From: Candidatus Humimicrobiaceae bacterium | GTDB lineage: Bacteria; Actinomycetota; Humimicrobiia; Humimicrobiales; Humimicrobiaceae | Length of the DNA: 63,902 nt | Assembly (NCBI GenBank): GCA_036514895.1 | Contig: DATBWH010000075.1 | Coordinates: forward strand, 1-63,902 | Direction: 5' to 3' | Part shown: in pieces, positions 28,704 through 38,087 of the stretch | How positions within the stretch are numbered: the first letter of the stretch is position 1 | Layout of the letters: every line of letters starts with the position of its first letter | Program-made: the position numbers and the translations under genes | Notes under the pieces: generated by a model | Told to the model about the DNA's origin: nothing | Seen by the model: the letters and a program-made list of their open reading frames with translations, nothing else | Databases searched by the model: none

Positions 28704-29222
28704 CTATTTTTCAATAAATATTTCGAATCTTTCTCTTCCAGCCTTACATACAGGACATATTTCCGGTGGTTTTTCTCTTGCACATAGATAACCGCATACC
28801 TTGCATCTCCACACGGGATATTCAATATTTAAAACTTTGTCCATATATGTTTTTATTTCTTTTTGCTGAAGCTTTTTTTGCCCCATAAATCTTCTTTCCG
28901 GAACGGGACCTAATTTCTTTTTGCCTGACAGTATTTCTTTATCTACATAAAGCCCGCAATAACATGCTCCATAATCATCTAAATCGGGGTCACGGTAATC
29001 ACAGGGGCATATTATGTCCAGATCTTTTTCTTTATTACCCGATGCCAGCCTGCAGGGACAGGCCTGATATCCGTACCTCCCTTGATTTACCAGTAAACCT
29101 CGTACCAGTTTTTTCGTAAAATTGACATCCGGGTTAAGGTGGTATCCTCCGGATTCTGCTTCATCATTCAATTTTATATATAACTTTTCAATTTCTTCGT
29201 TTGTTATTTCTGCTTTATTCAT
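28704..29222 (-). CDS. Ferredoxin:thioredoxin-reductase catalytic-subunit-like protein fused to a C-terminal rubredoxin-type domain
   Basis: 172 aa. It has CPC-x14-CPC-x12-CYC (ACPCRLASGNKEKDLDIICPCDYRDPDLDDYGACYCGLY), the FTR-type 4Fe-4S/disulfide motif arrangement. The C-terminus has WRCKVCGY...ICPVCKA, two CxxC pairs as in rubredoxin. Confidence 0.8.
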   Translation of the reverse strand: MNKAEITNEEIEKLYIKLNDEAESGGYHLNPDVNFTKKLVRGLLVNQGRYGYQACPCRLASGNKEKDLDIICPCDYRDPDLDDYGACYCGLYVDKEILSGKKKLGPVPERRFMGQKKLQQKEIKTYMDKVLNIEYPVWRCKVCGYLCAREKPPEICPVCKAGRERFEIFIEK

Positions 29223-29506
29223 TATTTAAATCTTTCTCTTATTTTTTCTTCATCGAATCCTATAATAGAGTAATTATCATCCACCACCAGTGTAGGAAAG
29301 CTGCATGCAGGATTATATTTTTTTATCTCCTCTATTATTTCATCCTGGTCTTTTTCATCTGCAAGGTCCACATCTATGTAAGAATATTCAATGTTCAATT
29401 CCTTTAAAAGTTCTTTTACTTTCATGCACCACTGACAGGTACTCAATGCATATATGATAACTTTGCCCTTATTGGTCCCATCCATATGGTTCATTTTAAT
29501 GTTCAT
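29222..29506 (-). CDS. Glutaredoxin-like / thioredoxin-fold protein (CxxC = CQWC)
   Basis: 94 aa. It has VIIYALSTCQWCMKVKELL followed by FPTLVVDD, which fits the Grx/NrdH fold. Its stop overlaps the start of the FTR-like gene (UAAUG). Confidence 0.75.
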   Translation of the reverse strand: MNIKMNHMDGTNKGKVIIYALSTCQWCMKVKELLKELNIEYSYIDVDLADEKDQDEIIEEIKKYNPACSFPTLVVDDNYSIIGFDEEKIRERFK

Positions 29507-29606
29507 AATAATATCCTTCCTGCCAATAAATAAAATTTATAACTAAAGAATAATTTATATTTTTCTATAAATCAATTATATTACCCTGAATTAAAGGTCT
29601 ACAAAA

Positions 29607-31331
29607 TTAATATTTCCATTCTAAGGCATTCAATCTGTAAGTACTTAAATTTATAAGTATATTATACAAGATCAGATTAAGTATCACTTCCAGAGCAATT
29701 ATTATAGGAAATGAAATAAGGTTGGACCAGTTTAAATAATCTGCCAGAAATAAAATCCCAATAACAATACCTGCAAAAAATAATATGTATATGAAAAACA
29801 ATATGAGATTCAGTATACCGCCAACGAATGATATGTTATTTCTATTTGACGATTGATTTGTCTTGAAAACAGGGAAAAAGGTGCTTATAGAAGTACCAAT
29901 AACCGAATCACCCCAGCTGAATAAGATTAGTAGAATCAATCCAAATATGAGGTATGCCAGTCCAGGCTTATACACGAAATAAAATATGACCATTACTATG
30001 CCCCCGCATAATATGGTCAGAATAGTGCTGAGAATTATTTTTGTCCTTAAAAGTTTTTTTGTATGTACGGGTGATATCTTAAGTATCCAGAATTGTAATC
30101 CTTCACCGCCAATACTATTTCCTGATATATTCTGGTTTACCATTCCTGCGACCAGTAATGGAAAAAATAAAAATATAAGTATCTTTAAAGGCAGTAAAAA
30201 AACAATATCCCCTCTATCATTGATATTTCCTGAAATAGTCCAGAAAAATATAAAAATAAACATAAAAACCGGTAAAAAAATATTCAAAAGTCTTCTGGCA
30301 TCTCTTAGGATGATTTTAAGATCCTTGACTATAATATAATTCACTCCGGAAAAAAAGCTGCGGCCATATCTTCCATCTTCATCTGTTTTCCGCCCTTTTT
30401 CTGCTTTAGCCCTTTTAAATCCTGTTCTTGCTGCAACTTGAGAGGAGTTCGACCAGCCTAGATAATATATTCGCTGAGATATGACTATGCATAAAAAAAT
30501 CAACAAAATAGAAGTCGCGGTAATCAAAGTAAAATTCAGGCCAAACTGTTTATAATTGCCATCGTGCAGATAAAATAATGTATTGGATCCCCATGTCGAA
30601 GGAAAGAATTTTAAAAAGGGTTTACTGAAAACAGCAGTTATATACTGCCTTATATCTTCAACACTCATAGATTTCAATTGTGGAGCCAGATTCTCACCGA
30701 ATCTCGCCATAAGTTGCGAGGACAACCATATCAGCAGACCGAATAATCCTCCTATGAAGGCAAGAATTTCCTTTGCTCTATTGGGATTGATCAATCTTAC
30801 AGCTACCATACCTATCAGGACTCCAAGGCTGGTTGGAATGGAAACTACGGATATAAAAACAATTATCATAGAAGGATAATAAGCCAGCGGTAATCTTGCT
30901 GTAATTCCATAAGATATCAAAAACGGCATAATCACTATAAAAAACAAATAAGAATTTGCAATCAATGCTTCTATATATTTATATATAAAAACGGTGCGAT
31001 ACTTTATCGGAAGAGTCAACAGCAGTTCCAGATCCTTGGATAAATAGAGAATATAAAGACTTGTGGCGATACCGGTAAATATGATAAAAATAAAGATAAT
31101 CATAAAAATATAATCCAGCGCAATATCGAATATCGTATTTGCCAGTCCTGTATCCAACCTGCTGTAAATAAAACTAATAAATCTGGAGGAGTAATAAAGG
31201 ATCAGTGCGAAAATCAATATACTTATCAAAGTACCGATTATTCTTCCGGCCTTTTTTTTAGGCTCATCCCTTGTATATCCAAGAAATATTGTATTTAATC
31301 TGTTTTTTAGTAATAAACCAAGCATAACCAA
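29607..31331 (-). CDS. ABC-2/ABC-exporter type integral membrane permease
   Basis: 574 aa, highly hydrophobic, with at least 10 predicted TM segments. It starts directly after the stop of the upstream ATPase gene. Confidence 0.7.
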   Translation of the reverse strand: MVMLGLLLKNRLNTIFLGYTRDEPKKKAGRIIGTLISILIFALILYYSSRFISFIYSRLDTGLANTIFDIALDYIFMIIFIFIIFTGIATSLYILYLSKDLELLLTLPIKYRTVFIYKYIEALIANSYLFFIVIMPFLISYGITARLPLAYYPSMIIVFISVVSIPTSLGVLIGMVAVRLINPNRAKEILAFIGGLFGLLIWLSSQLMARFGENLAPQLKSMSVEDIRQYITAVFSKPFLKFFPSTWGSNTLFYLHDGNYKQFGLNFTLITATSILLIFLCIVISQRIYYLGWSNSSQVAARTGFKRAKAEKGRKTDEDGRYGRSFFSGVNYIIVKDLKIILRDARRLLNIFLPVFMFIFIFFWTISGNINDRGDIVFLLPLKILIFLFFPLLVAGMVNQNISGNSIGGEGLQFWILKISPVHTKKLLRTKIILSTILTILCGGIVMVIFYFVYKPGLAYLIFGLILLILFSWGDSVIGTSISTFFPVFKTNQSSNRNNISFVGGILNLILFFIYILFFAGIVIGILFLADYLNWSNLISFPIIIALEVILNLILYNILINLSTYRLNALEWKY

Positions 31332-32111
31332 TCAGGTCAAAGATTTTATAATATCTATATCTTCTTCTTCTCCGGTCAACTGTAAGAATATTTCTTCCAG
31401 ATTACCTTCCTTTTCCTTTGAAACCTTTCTTAATTCATCCATATCCCCAACAGCTATAAGTTCTCCATTATTGATAATACCAACTCTGTCACACATTCTC
31501 TCGGCAATTTCCAGGATATGAGTGGACATAAAAATACAGACCCCCGATTTCGCCCTGAATTTCATTATATCTTTTATTACTTTTGCGCTTTTAGGATCGA
31601 GTCCTACTGTTGGCTCATCAAAGAACAATACTTTGGGAGAATGGATCAATGCCCCTGCTATAGCCATTTTTTGTTTCATACCATGAGAGTAACTCTGGAT
31701 CAGTTGCTCTCCTCTTCCGGTAAGATCAAAAACTTTTAAAAGTTCCTTTATCTTTTCCTCTATTTCTTTTCTATCCATAGCAAATATATTTCCCATAAAC
31801 CTCAAGAACTCTATTCCTGTCAACTTTTCATAGATCTGGGGTTCGTCAGGTATAAGCCCGAAATTTTTCTTTGCTCCCAATGGATCTTCCTGTATGTCTT
31901 TGCCCATGATTTTAACAGTGCCTTTTGTTGGTTTAAGCAGTCCGGTCATCAATTTTATCGTTGTAGTCTTACCTGCTCCATTTGGGCCTAAAAAGCCAAA
32001 AATCTCACCACTTTTGATTTTTAAATTTAAATCATTTACAGCAGCCAGACTTCCATATTTTTTTGTCAGATTAAAAGTCTCTATTGCAATTGAATTATCA
32101 GCCATAGCCAA
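31332..32111 (-). CDS. ABC transporter ATP-binding protein
   Basis: 259 aa. It has Walker A GPNGAGKTT, the signature YSHGMKQK, and Walker B VLFFDEPT. Confidence 0.92.
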   Translation of the reverse strand: MAMADNSIAIETFNLTKKYGSLAAVNDLNLKIKSGEIFGFLGPNGAGKTTTIKLMTGLLKPTKGTVKIMGKDIQEDPLGAKKNFGLIPDEPQIYEKLTGIEFLRFMGNIFAMDRKEIEEKIKELLKVFDLTGRGEQLIQSYSHGMKQKMAIAGALIHSPKVLFFDEPTVGLDPKSAKVIKDIMKFRAKSGVCIFMSTHILEIAERMCDRVGIINNGELIAVGDMDELRKVSKEKEGNLEEIFLQLTGEEEDIDIIKSLT

Positions 32112-32153
32112 AACACCTTATTCCTCATCGTTCATATTTCCGTTATTATTTTT

Positions 32154-32415
<262 letters not shown>

Positions 32416-32452
32416 GTTTTTCTCTTTCTTATTTTAAAATAAATTTATGATC

Positions 32453-32526
<74 letters not shown>

Positions 32527-32631
32527 TTTTAAAACAATAGAAAGATATTATAGGATAATTTTATTTAAAAGTTAAGCAGTCTATGTATCTTGATAATTGA
32601 TCTTGAAGATTAAATATAAGAATTAACCTTT

Positions 32632-33636
32632 TTAAAAAATTCCTTCTATTTTCTGACCGCAGCTAAAGCAGGAACTTTTTTTTATTTTATTGCCTGAGAC
32701 GGAAAATCCTGTTCTTTCAATAAGCATATTTTTGCAGTTGGGACAATTGGTGTTTTCATATCCACTTCCCGGAATATTTCCTCCGTAGACATATTTCAAT
32801 CCTGCATTTTTACCTATATCAATTGCAGCTTTTATTTTTTCTGTGCTGGTAGGAGGAATATCTGACTTATATTGAGGATAATAAGCACTCAGATGCCAGG
32901 GTATATTTTTATCAATTCCGGCTAGAAATCCTGCTATGTTTTTTAATTCGTCTTCGGAGTCATTGATCCCCGGAATTATAAGTGTAGTTACCTCTACCCA
33001 GATATCCAGCTTCTTCATAAGGGCAATATTATTGAGAACAGGCTTCAGCTTTCCCCCGATTTTCTCTTTATATGTATTTTCCGAAAAGCTCTTCAAATCT
33101 ACGTTTGCTGCATCAAGGTAAGGTTCGATCATCATTATACATTCTTCAGTCATGAAACCATTGGTCACAAAGACATTTTTTAATCCTTTTTCACTTGCCA
33201 GTTTAGCGGTGTCATAAGCATACTCGAAAAAAATGGTGGGTTCGGTATAAGTATATGATATGCTTTTATCTCCATTAGCAAGAGCGTGATTTACCAGCTC
33301 TTCAGGCGAAACATCTCTTCCCTCTATTATGTCTAACTCCGATGGTATCTGTGAAATGTTGAAATTCTGACAGAAAAAACATTTAAAATTGCATCCAACC
33401 GTTGCTATAGATAAAGAATAAGTGCCCGGTAAAAAATGAAACAGTGGTTTTTTTTCAATCGGATCGGAGTTTTCAGCAATCAGTTTTCGATATACCAGAG
33501 AGTATAGCACTCCATCGATATTCTTTCTGACACAGCATTTTCCCTTATCCTGATCCTTTATCAAACACCTGTGATTACAGAGGTTACATCTTACTTTTTT
33601 GTCATCGAGCTTTTTATATAAATATGCTTCTTTCAT
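32632..33636 (-). CDS. amrS: AmmeMemoRadiSam system radical SAM enzyme (PFL-activase-like)
   Basis: 334 aa. It has the N-terminal Cys cluster VRCNLCNHRCLI..GKCCVRKN, the radical SAM motif GCNFKCFFCQN, and the C-terminal zinc-ribbon-like NCPNC...CFSC. This is the typical AmrS layout. Confidence 0.8.
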   Translation of the reverse strand: MKEAYLYKKLDDKKVRCNLCNHRCLIKDQDKGKCCVRKNIDGVLYSLVYRKLIAENSDPIEKKPLFHFLPGTYSLSIATVGCNFKCFFCQNFNISQIPSELDIIEGRDVSPEELVNHALANGDKSISYTYTEPTIFFEYAYDTAKLASEKGLKNVFVTNGFMTEECIMMIEPYLDAANVDLKSFSENTYKEKIGGKLKPVLNNIALMKKLDIWVEVTTLIIPGINDSEDELKNIAGFLAGIDKNIPWHLSAYYPQYKSDIPPTSTEKIKAAIDIGKNAGLKYVYGGNIPGSGYENTNCPNCKNMLIERTGFSVSGNKIKKSSCFSCGQKIEGIF

Positions 33637-33744
33637 GTTCTTTATCCATGATATTTATAAAACTATTATAATTATATTTCATTTATTTTTAATGTATACT
33701 TTTATTATTTATAAATATCAGAACATAAAAGGAGATTTAGTAAT

Positions 33745-33966
33745 ATGCCCCACATAATAGTTAAATTATGGCCCGGAAGATCAGAGGACCAGAAAAAACA
33801 AATGACTGATAAAATTGTTAAAGTAATTAAAAATACAACGGGTGCCCCTGAAAGTTCTATTTCCATAGCGATTGAAGAGGTACCAGAAGAAAAATGGGCT
33901 GAAGAAGTTTATAAACCTGATATAATCGGAAAAGAACATCTACTATATAAAAAGCCTGGCTATTGA
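33745..33966 (+). CDS. 4-oxalocrotonate tautomerase family protein
   Basis: 73 aa. It starts MPHIIVKLWPGRSEDQKKQMTDKIVKVI, with the catalytic Pro at position 2 and a beta-alpha-beta unit. Confidence 0.8.
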   Translation: MPHIIVKLWPGRSEDQKKQMTDKIVKVIKNTTGAPESSISIAIEEVPEEKWAEEVYKPDIIGKEHLLYKKPGY

Positions 33967-33973
33967 TGTATTT

Positions 33974-33996
33974 AACATGCACTGTGGCATGTTTTC
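33974..33996 (+). terminator. Probable intrinsic terminator of the tautomerase gene
   Basis: AACATGC-actgtg-GCATGTT forms a 7-bp stem running into a TTTT tract, 8 nt after the stop codon. Confidence 0.45.
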
Positions 33997-34038
33997 ACCA
34001 GTTTAACTTTACTGTTTAACCATACTTAATAAATCTAC

Positions 34039-34127
34039 TGGTGTCGGAAGGGGGACTTGAACCCCCATGAACTAAATCGTTCACAAGGCCCTCAACCTTG
34101 CGCGTCTACCAGTTCCGCCATTCCGAC
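34039..34127 (-). tRNA. tRNA-Leu (anticodon GAG), long variable arm, CCA encoded
   Basis: The reverse complement is GUCGGAAUGGCGGAACUGGUAGACGCGCAAGGUUGAGGGCCUUGUGAACGAUUUAGUUCAUGGGGGUUCAAGUCCCCCUUCCGACACCA. Confidence 0.92.
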
Positions 34128-34169
34128 ATAAGAGTTTAATTAATTGAACTTATGATTTTTAGCTAATTA

Positions 34170-34198
34170 ATTCTAAGAACAATATTTATTATTGTCAA
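34170..34198 (-). promoter_or_regulatory. Candidate promoter for tRNA-Leu(GAG)
   Basis: The minus strand reads TTGACA (34198-34193), a 17-nt spacer, then TAGAAT (34175-34170). This lies about 43 nt upstream of the tRNA 5' end. Confidence 0.45.
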
Positions 34199-34261
34199 TA
34201 AACTAATTATAAAACTAAAGAGGTCGCCTAACGAAGATACCAATTTTCTTTATAACGCCTA

Positions 34262-35989
34262 TTAATCTTTTGGTTTTAGGCAAATAGCGAGATGCTCCAG
34301 CAAATTTCCCGGTTTAACAAGTAAATCAAAATTTTCATCTTCTTCCAGATTTTTCATTAAATCAAGATCTACAGGAATATTCAATAAATCTATCTCTTCA
34401 TCTCTGAGCATACTGACAAGATTGTTTATATCAACATCTAATATGACCCTGATAGAATCTATTTCGGATACTGATCCTGAATATGAATAAAATTCATTCT
34501 TCACCAGTGTAAGATATTCTCTTTCTTTATACTCTCCTATTTTGTAAGGACCATTGGAAACAATATCACCTGGAGAAAAATCACTTATATCTTTTTCATC
34601 CAGTGATCCTTCTTTTAATACAAGCGGGAAAAGTTTCTTCCAGTTATTGACATTTTCTTTAAAAACGATTTTGAACTCTTTTTCGTTTATTACTTCAATT
34701 CCCTTTACTTTTGAGTAGTCTTCATCAATATTTAAACTTTCATTTCCCAGTATGGAATCATAAGTATATTTGACATCTTCCGAAGTGATGGGGTCCCCAT
34801 TCTCCCATAATATATCATCTTTTAATGTGACATTGATCTCAAGATCCGGTATTCCATCCGTGTTTTTCTCTGAATAATCATCTTCTTCCACAAAAACCGC
34901 TTCATAATCCCCTTTTTCATCTATTCGCCATAAACCTCTTACTATAAGATCATTAATATAATCAAAATCAAACGGACCCGAAAGCTCGTAATCCTCACCT
35001 TCGTACCCGATGATGATCTCATTTTCACTATTTTCATCTGTATTTTCTTCACCTGATAAAATCCAGTTTTCTATGTTATAAAAGATTTTATTATTCTTTA
35101 TACTGATATCGATTTTTTCTAATTTCTTGTTGTTATAAGCTATTGAAAATAACCTGCTGTAAAGGGGCAGCACAACAGCATCCTGTGCCAGCAAATCCTG
35201 TAAATCCTGTAGTAGATCCTTTTTTACTTCAGGATCTCTCTCTTCGGCAACCTCTCTTAGGATTTCATCTACACTTGAATTTTCGTACCAATAAAAATTC
35301 TCGCAGTTCTTATTCTCTTCTGTCTTTAATGGAGGTATTTTTCCGGAATCAAAGTTATATATCAGGCTGCTTCCATCGAAATTATAGATCGACCATATGC
35401 CAAGTTCATAATCCCCTTTTTCGACGTAATCCTGATACCATTCTTTTGAAGGCTTATTGAATATCCATAATTTTATTCCTATTTTATCCAGATCTTCTAT
35501 GAGCATTTCTTCTATTCTTTGTCTGGTTCTATTATCACTTATGGAACCGATAGTAATATACAGGGGATTTTCCACGCCGTATCCTGCTCTGCTCAAAGAT
35601 TCTTTTGCTTTATTTATATTATAATCATATTCTGACCAGGCAGGATAATAATAATAGGAATCTTTTGCAAATAAGCTGGCCAGTACCTCGCCATATTCAC
35701 CAAGTAACTCATTTACGATTCTTTGCCTGTCTATTGCATAAAATATTGCTTTTCTTATATTGATGTCATCCAGAGGATTCTTATTCTTCTGTTTCTCTTT
35801 TGATTCCAGGAAAAATTCTCTGTCACTGACACCCAAATTATCGACATTTTCTTCTCCGTTGATGCTTCCGGCTTCATCATCTATGGTAAGTAATCCCGTA
35901 TCATGATATTCACATGAATATAGGAAAATACTTGTAAACATCAATATCAACATAAAAATAAATATTATTATTTTTTTTGATTTATTCAT
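34262..35989 (-). CDS. Family-5 (OppA/DppA-type) solute-binding lipoprotein with its two halves in swapped order (apparent circular permutant)
   Basis: I place the start at the ATG at 35989, with an AGGTG Shine-Dalgarno 6 nt upstream, rather than at the TTG at 36043 inside the upstream gene. The signal peptide plus lipobox is MNKSKKIIIFIFMLILMFTSIFLYSC. Residues about 75-310 match the C-terminal half of the canonical paralog at 40054-41643. Residues about 325-575 match its N-terminal half. Confidence 0.8.
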   Translation of the reverse strand: MNKSKKIIIFIFMLILMFTSIFLYSCEYHDTGLLTIDDEAGSINGEENVDNLGVSDREFFLESKEKQKNKNPLDDINIRKAIFYAIDRQRIVNELLGEYGEVLASLFAKDSYYYYPAWSEYDYNINKAKESLSRAGYGVENPLYITIGSISDNRTRQRIEEMLIEDLDKIGIKLWIFNKPSKEWYQDYVEKGDYELGIWSIYNFDGSSLIYNFDSGKIPPLKTEENKNCENFYWYENSSVDEILREVAEERDPEVKKDLLQDLQDLLAQDAVVLPLYSRLFSIAYNNKKLEKIDISIKNNKIFYNIENWILSGEENTDENSENEIIIGYEGEDYELSGPFDFDYINDLIVRGLWRIDEKGDYEAVFVEEDDYSEKNTDGIPDLEINVTLKDDILWENGDPITSEDVKYTYDSILGNESLNIDEDYSKVKGIEVINEKEFKIVFKENVNNWKKLFPLVLKEGSLDEKDISDFSPGDIVSNGPYKIGEYKEREYLTLVKNEFYSYSGSVSEIDSIRVILDVDINNLVSMLRDEEIDLLNIPVDLDLMKNLEEDENFDLLVKPGNLLEHLAICLKPKD

Positions 35990-36012
35990 ATATACACCTG
36001 TAAATTTATTAT

Positions 36013-37014
36013 TTAGGCTATAGGTTTTCCTGCAAAAAAGCAAGCAGCAAGATGTTCGTTCCCATTCTTTGAATAATCTTTTAATTCAGGTTCTTCTATG
36101 CTGCAGATATCCTGTGCATTCGGACATCTTGTATGAAAACTGCAGCCGGAAGGAGGATTAATAGGACTTGGCACATCTCCCTCAAGGACGATTCTCTTCC
36201 TTTTTCTTTCAAGTTCAGGATCAGGAATGGGGATTGCAGATAACAGACCCATTGTATAGGGATGAAGTGGTGTTTTATATAAATCTTCACTTTCTGCAAC
36301 TTCAACCAGTTTCCCTAGATACATTACACCTATCCTGTCGCTTACATGTTTTACAACAGAAAGATCATGAGCAATAAAAAGATAAGTAAGGTTAAATTCT
36401 TTTTGCAGTTCTGTCAGTAAATTTAAAATCTGCGCCTGGACTGATACGTCCAGAGCTGACACAGGTTCATCACACAAAAGTAACTTTGGAGTCAGAGCCA
36501 GAGCTCTTGCTACTCCGACTCTCTGCCTCTGTCCACCGCTGAATTCATGCGGGTATCTATGTATATGCTCGGGATTAAGGCCAACCACCCTTAATAATTC
36601 CTTTACTTTTTTTATCCTTTTTCTTTTATCACCAATTTTATGAATTTCAAACGGTTCATTTATAATATCGCCAACCGTCATCCTCGGAGAAAGAGATGCA
36701 TAAGGATCTTGAAAAATCACCTGGATTTCTCTTCTTATTTTAAACATCTCTCTGCTATTTAATTTGAATAAATTCACACCGTTATATATCGCTTCCCCGC
36801 TTGTCTGTTGTACAAGCCTTAATATTACCCTCGCAACGGTAGTCTTACCGCAGCCTGTTTCACCTACAAGTCCAAAAGTCTCGCCTCTTTTTATATAAAA
36901 ACTTATATCATCCACAGCTTTTACGGAACCAGTAAATTTTTGAAATAAAAACCCGCTTCTTAAGCTGAAGTATTTTTTTAAATTTTTGACTTCCAGTAAT
37001 TTATTATTTTCCAT
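36013..37014 (-). CDS. Opp/Dpp-type peptide ABC transporter ATP-binding protein (OppF-like)
   Basis: 333 aa. It has Walker A GETGCGKTT, the signature FSGGQRQR, and Walker B LLLCDEPVSALD. The C-terminal oligopeptide-type extension carries Cys residues. Confidence 0.9.
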   Translation of the reverse strand: MENNKLLEVKNLKKYFSLRSGFLFQKFTGSVKAVDDISFYIKRGETFGLVGETGCGKTTVARVILRLVQQTSGEAIYNGVNLFKLNSREMFKIRREIQVIFQDPYASLSPRMTVGDIINEPFEIHKIGDKRKRIKKVKELLRVVGLNPEHIHRYPHEFSGGQRQRVGVARALALTPKLLLCDEPVSALDVSVQAQILNLLTELQKEFNLTYLFIAHDLSVVKHVSDRIGVMYLGKLVEVAESEDLYKTPLHPYTMGLLSAIPIPDPELERKRKRIVLEGDVPSPINPPSGCSFHTRCPNAQDICSIEEPELKDYSKNGNEHLAACFFAGKPIA

Positions 37015-37016
37015 AT

Positions 37017-38036
37017 TTAATTACCAAATCTTTCAATTATTCCTTCCATGAATTCTTTCCCTCTGTAACATGATACAAAATGATCTTTTTCTATTTCTAC
37101 CAGAGGTGGATATTCTTTTTTACACTCATCGCATATATATTTGCATCTTGCTCTGAAAATGCAGCACTCCGGTAAATCTATCAAACTTGGAGGTAATCCC
37201 TCGATTGGCTTCAATTTTTCTCTTTTTTTCTCATCAAGTCTTGTCACTGATTTCATCAACCCGATTGTATATGGGTGCATCGGTTTATAAAAAATATTAT
37301 CGACATTCGAAAATTCTACTGGTCTACCTGCATACATTACCATTACTCTATCTGCATATTTTGCAACCACACCAAGATCATGCGTGATTATTATTATCGA
37401 TGAATTTGTCTTATGCTTAAGTTCATGCATTAATTCCAGTATTTGAGCCTGAACAGTTACATCAAGTGCAGTTGTCGGTTCATCAGCTATGAGGATACTG
37501 GGGCTATTTGCTATTGCCATAGCAATCATGACCCTCTGCCTCATCCCCCCGCTGAATTCATGAGGGTAGCTATTGAATCTTCTTTTGAATTCAGGTATTC
37601 CTACCATTTCAAGAAGTTTTAAGCTTTCTATTCTGGCCTCTTCTTTTTTTAATTTTCTATGAACAATCAGGGATTCCATAACCTGGTTACCAACCGTATA
37701 AACAGGATTTAATGAAGTCATCGGATCCTGAAAAATCATTGAAATCTTGTTACCTCTTAGATTCTGGAGATCTTTTTGTCCGAGTTTTAACAAATCCCTG
37801 CCTTCAAAGATTATTTCACCCCCGACTATCCTTCCAATAGGCTGTGGAATCAACCTCAGGATCGAAAGAGCAGTTACACTCTTACCGCATCCGGTTTCTC
37901 CTACAATGCCAAGAGTTTCACCTTTTTTAAGGTCGAAACTCACACCATCAACTGCTTTAACTATGCCGTCATCAGTATAAAAATAAGTCTTTAAATCCTT
38001 AACTTCTAAAATTTTATTGTTTTCTGTTTCTACCAT
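37017..38036 (-). CDS. Opp/Dpp-type peptide ABC transporter ATP-binding protein (OppD-like)
   Basis: 339 aa. It has Walker A GETGCGKSV, the signature FSGGMRQR, and Walker B ILIADEPTTALD. Confidence 0.9.
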   Translation of the reverse strand: MVETENNKILEVKDLKTYFYTDDGIVKAVDGVSFDLKKGETLGIVGETGCGKSVTALSILRLIPQPIGRIVGGEIIFEGRDLLKLGQKDLQNLRGNKISMIFQDPMTSLNPVYTVGNQVMESLIVHRKLKKEEARIESLKLLEMVGIPEFKRRFNSYPHEFSGGMRQRVMIAMAIANSPSILIADEPTTALDVTVQAQILELMHELKHKTNSSIIIITHDLGVVAKYADRVMVMYAGRPVEFSNVDNIFYKPMHPYTIGLMKSVTRLDEKKREKLKPIEGLPPSLIDLPECCIFRARCKYICDECKKEYPPLVEIEKDHFVSCYRGKEFMEGIIERFGN

Positions 38037-38087
38037 TTTTAAAAAATCAATTAATAAAAATCTGTTTTTTGTTAATCATTTTCTAAA

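Noticed and set aside
35990-36043. A longer N-terminus (MLFCRKTYSLNNKFTGVY) for the permuted SBP, starting at a TTG inside the OppF-like gene.
   Set aside because: The ATG at 35989 has an AGGTG Shine-Dalgarno and begins a textbook lipoprotein signal peptide. The extension would bury that signal.
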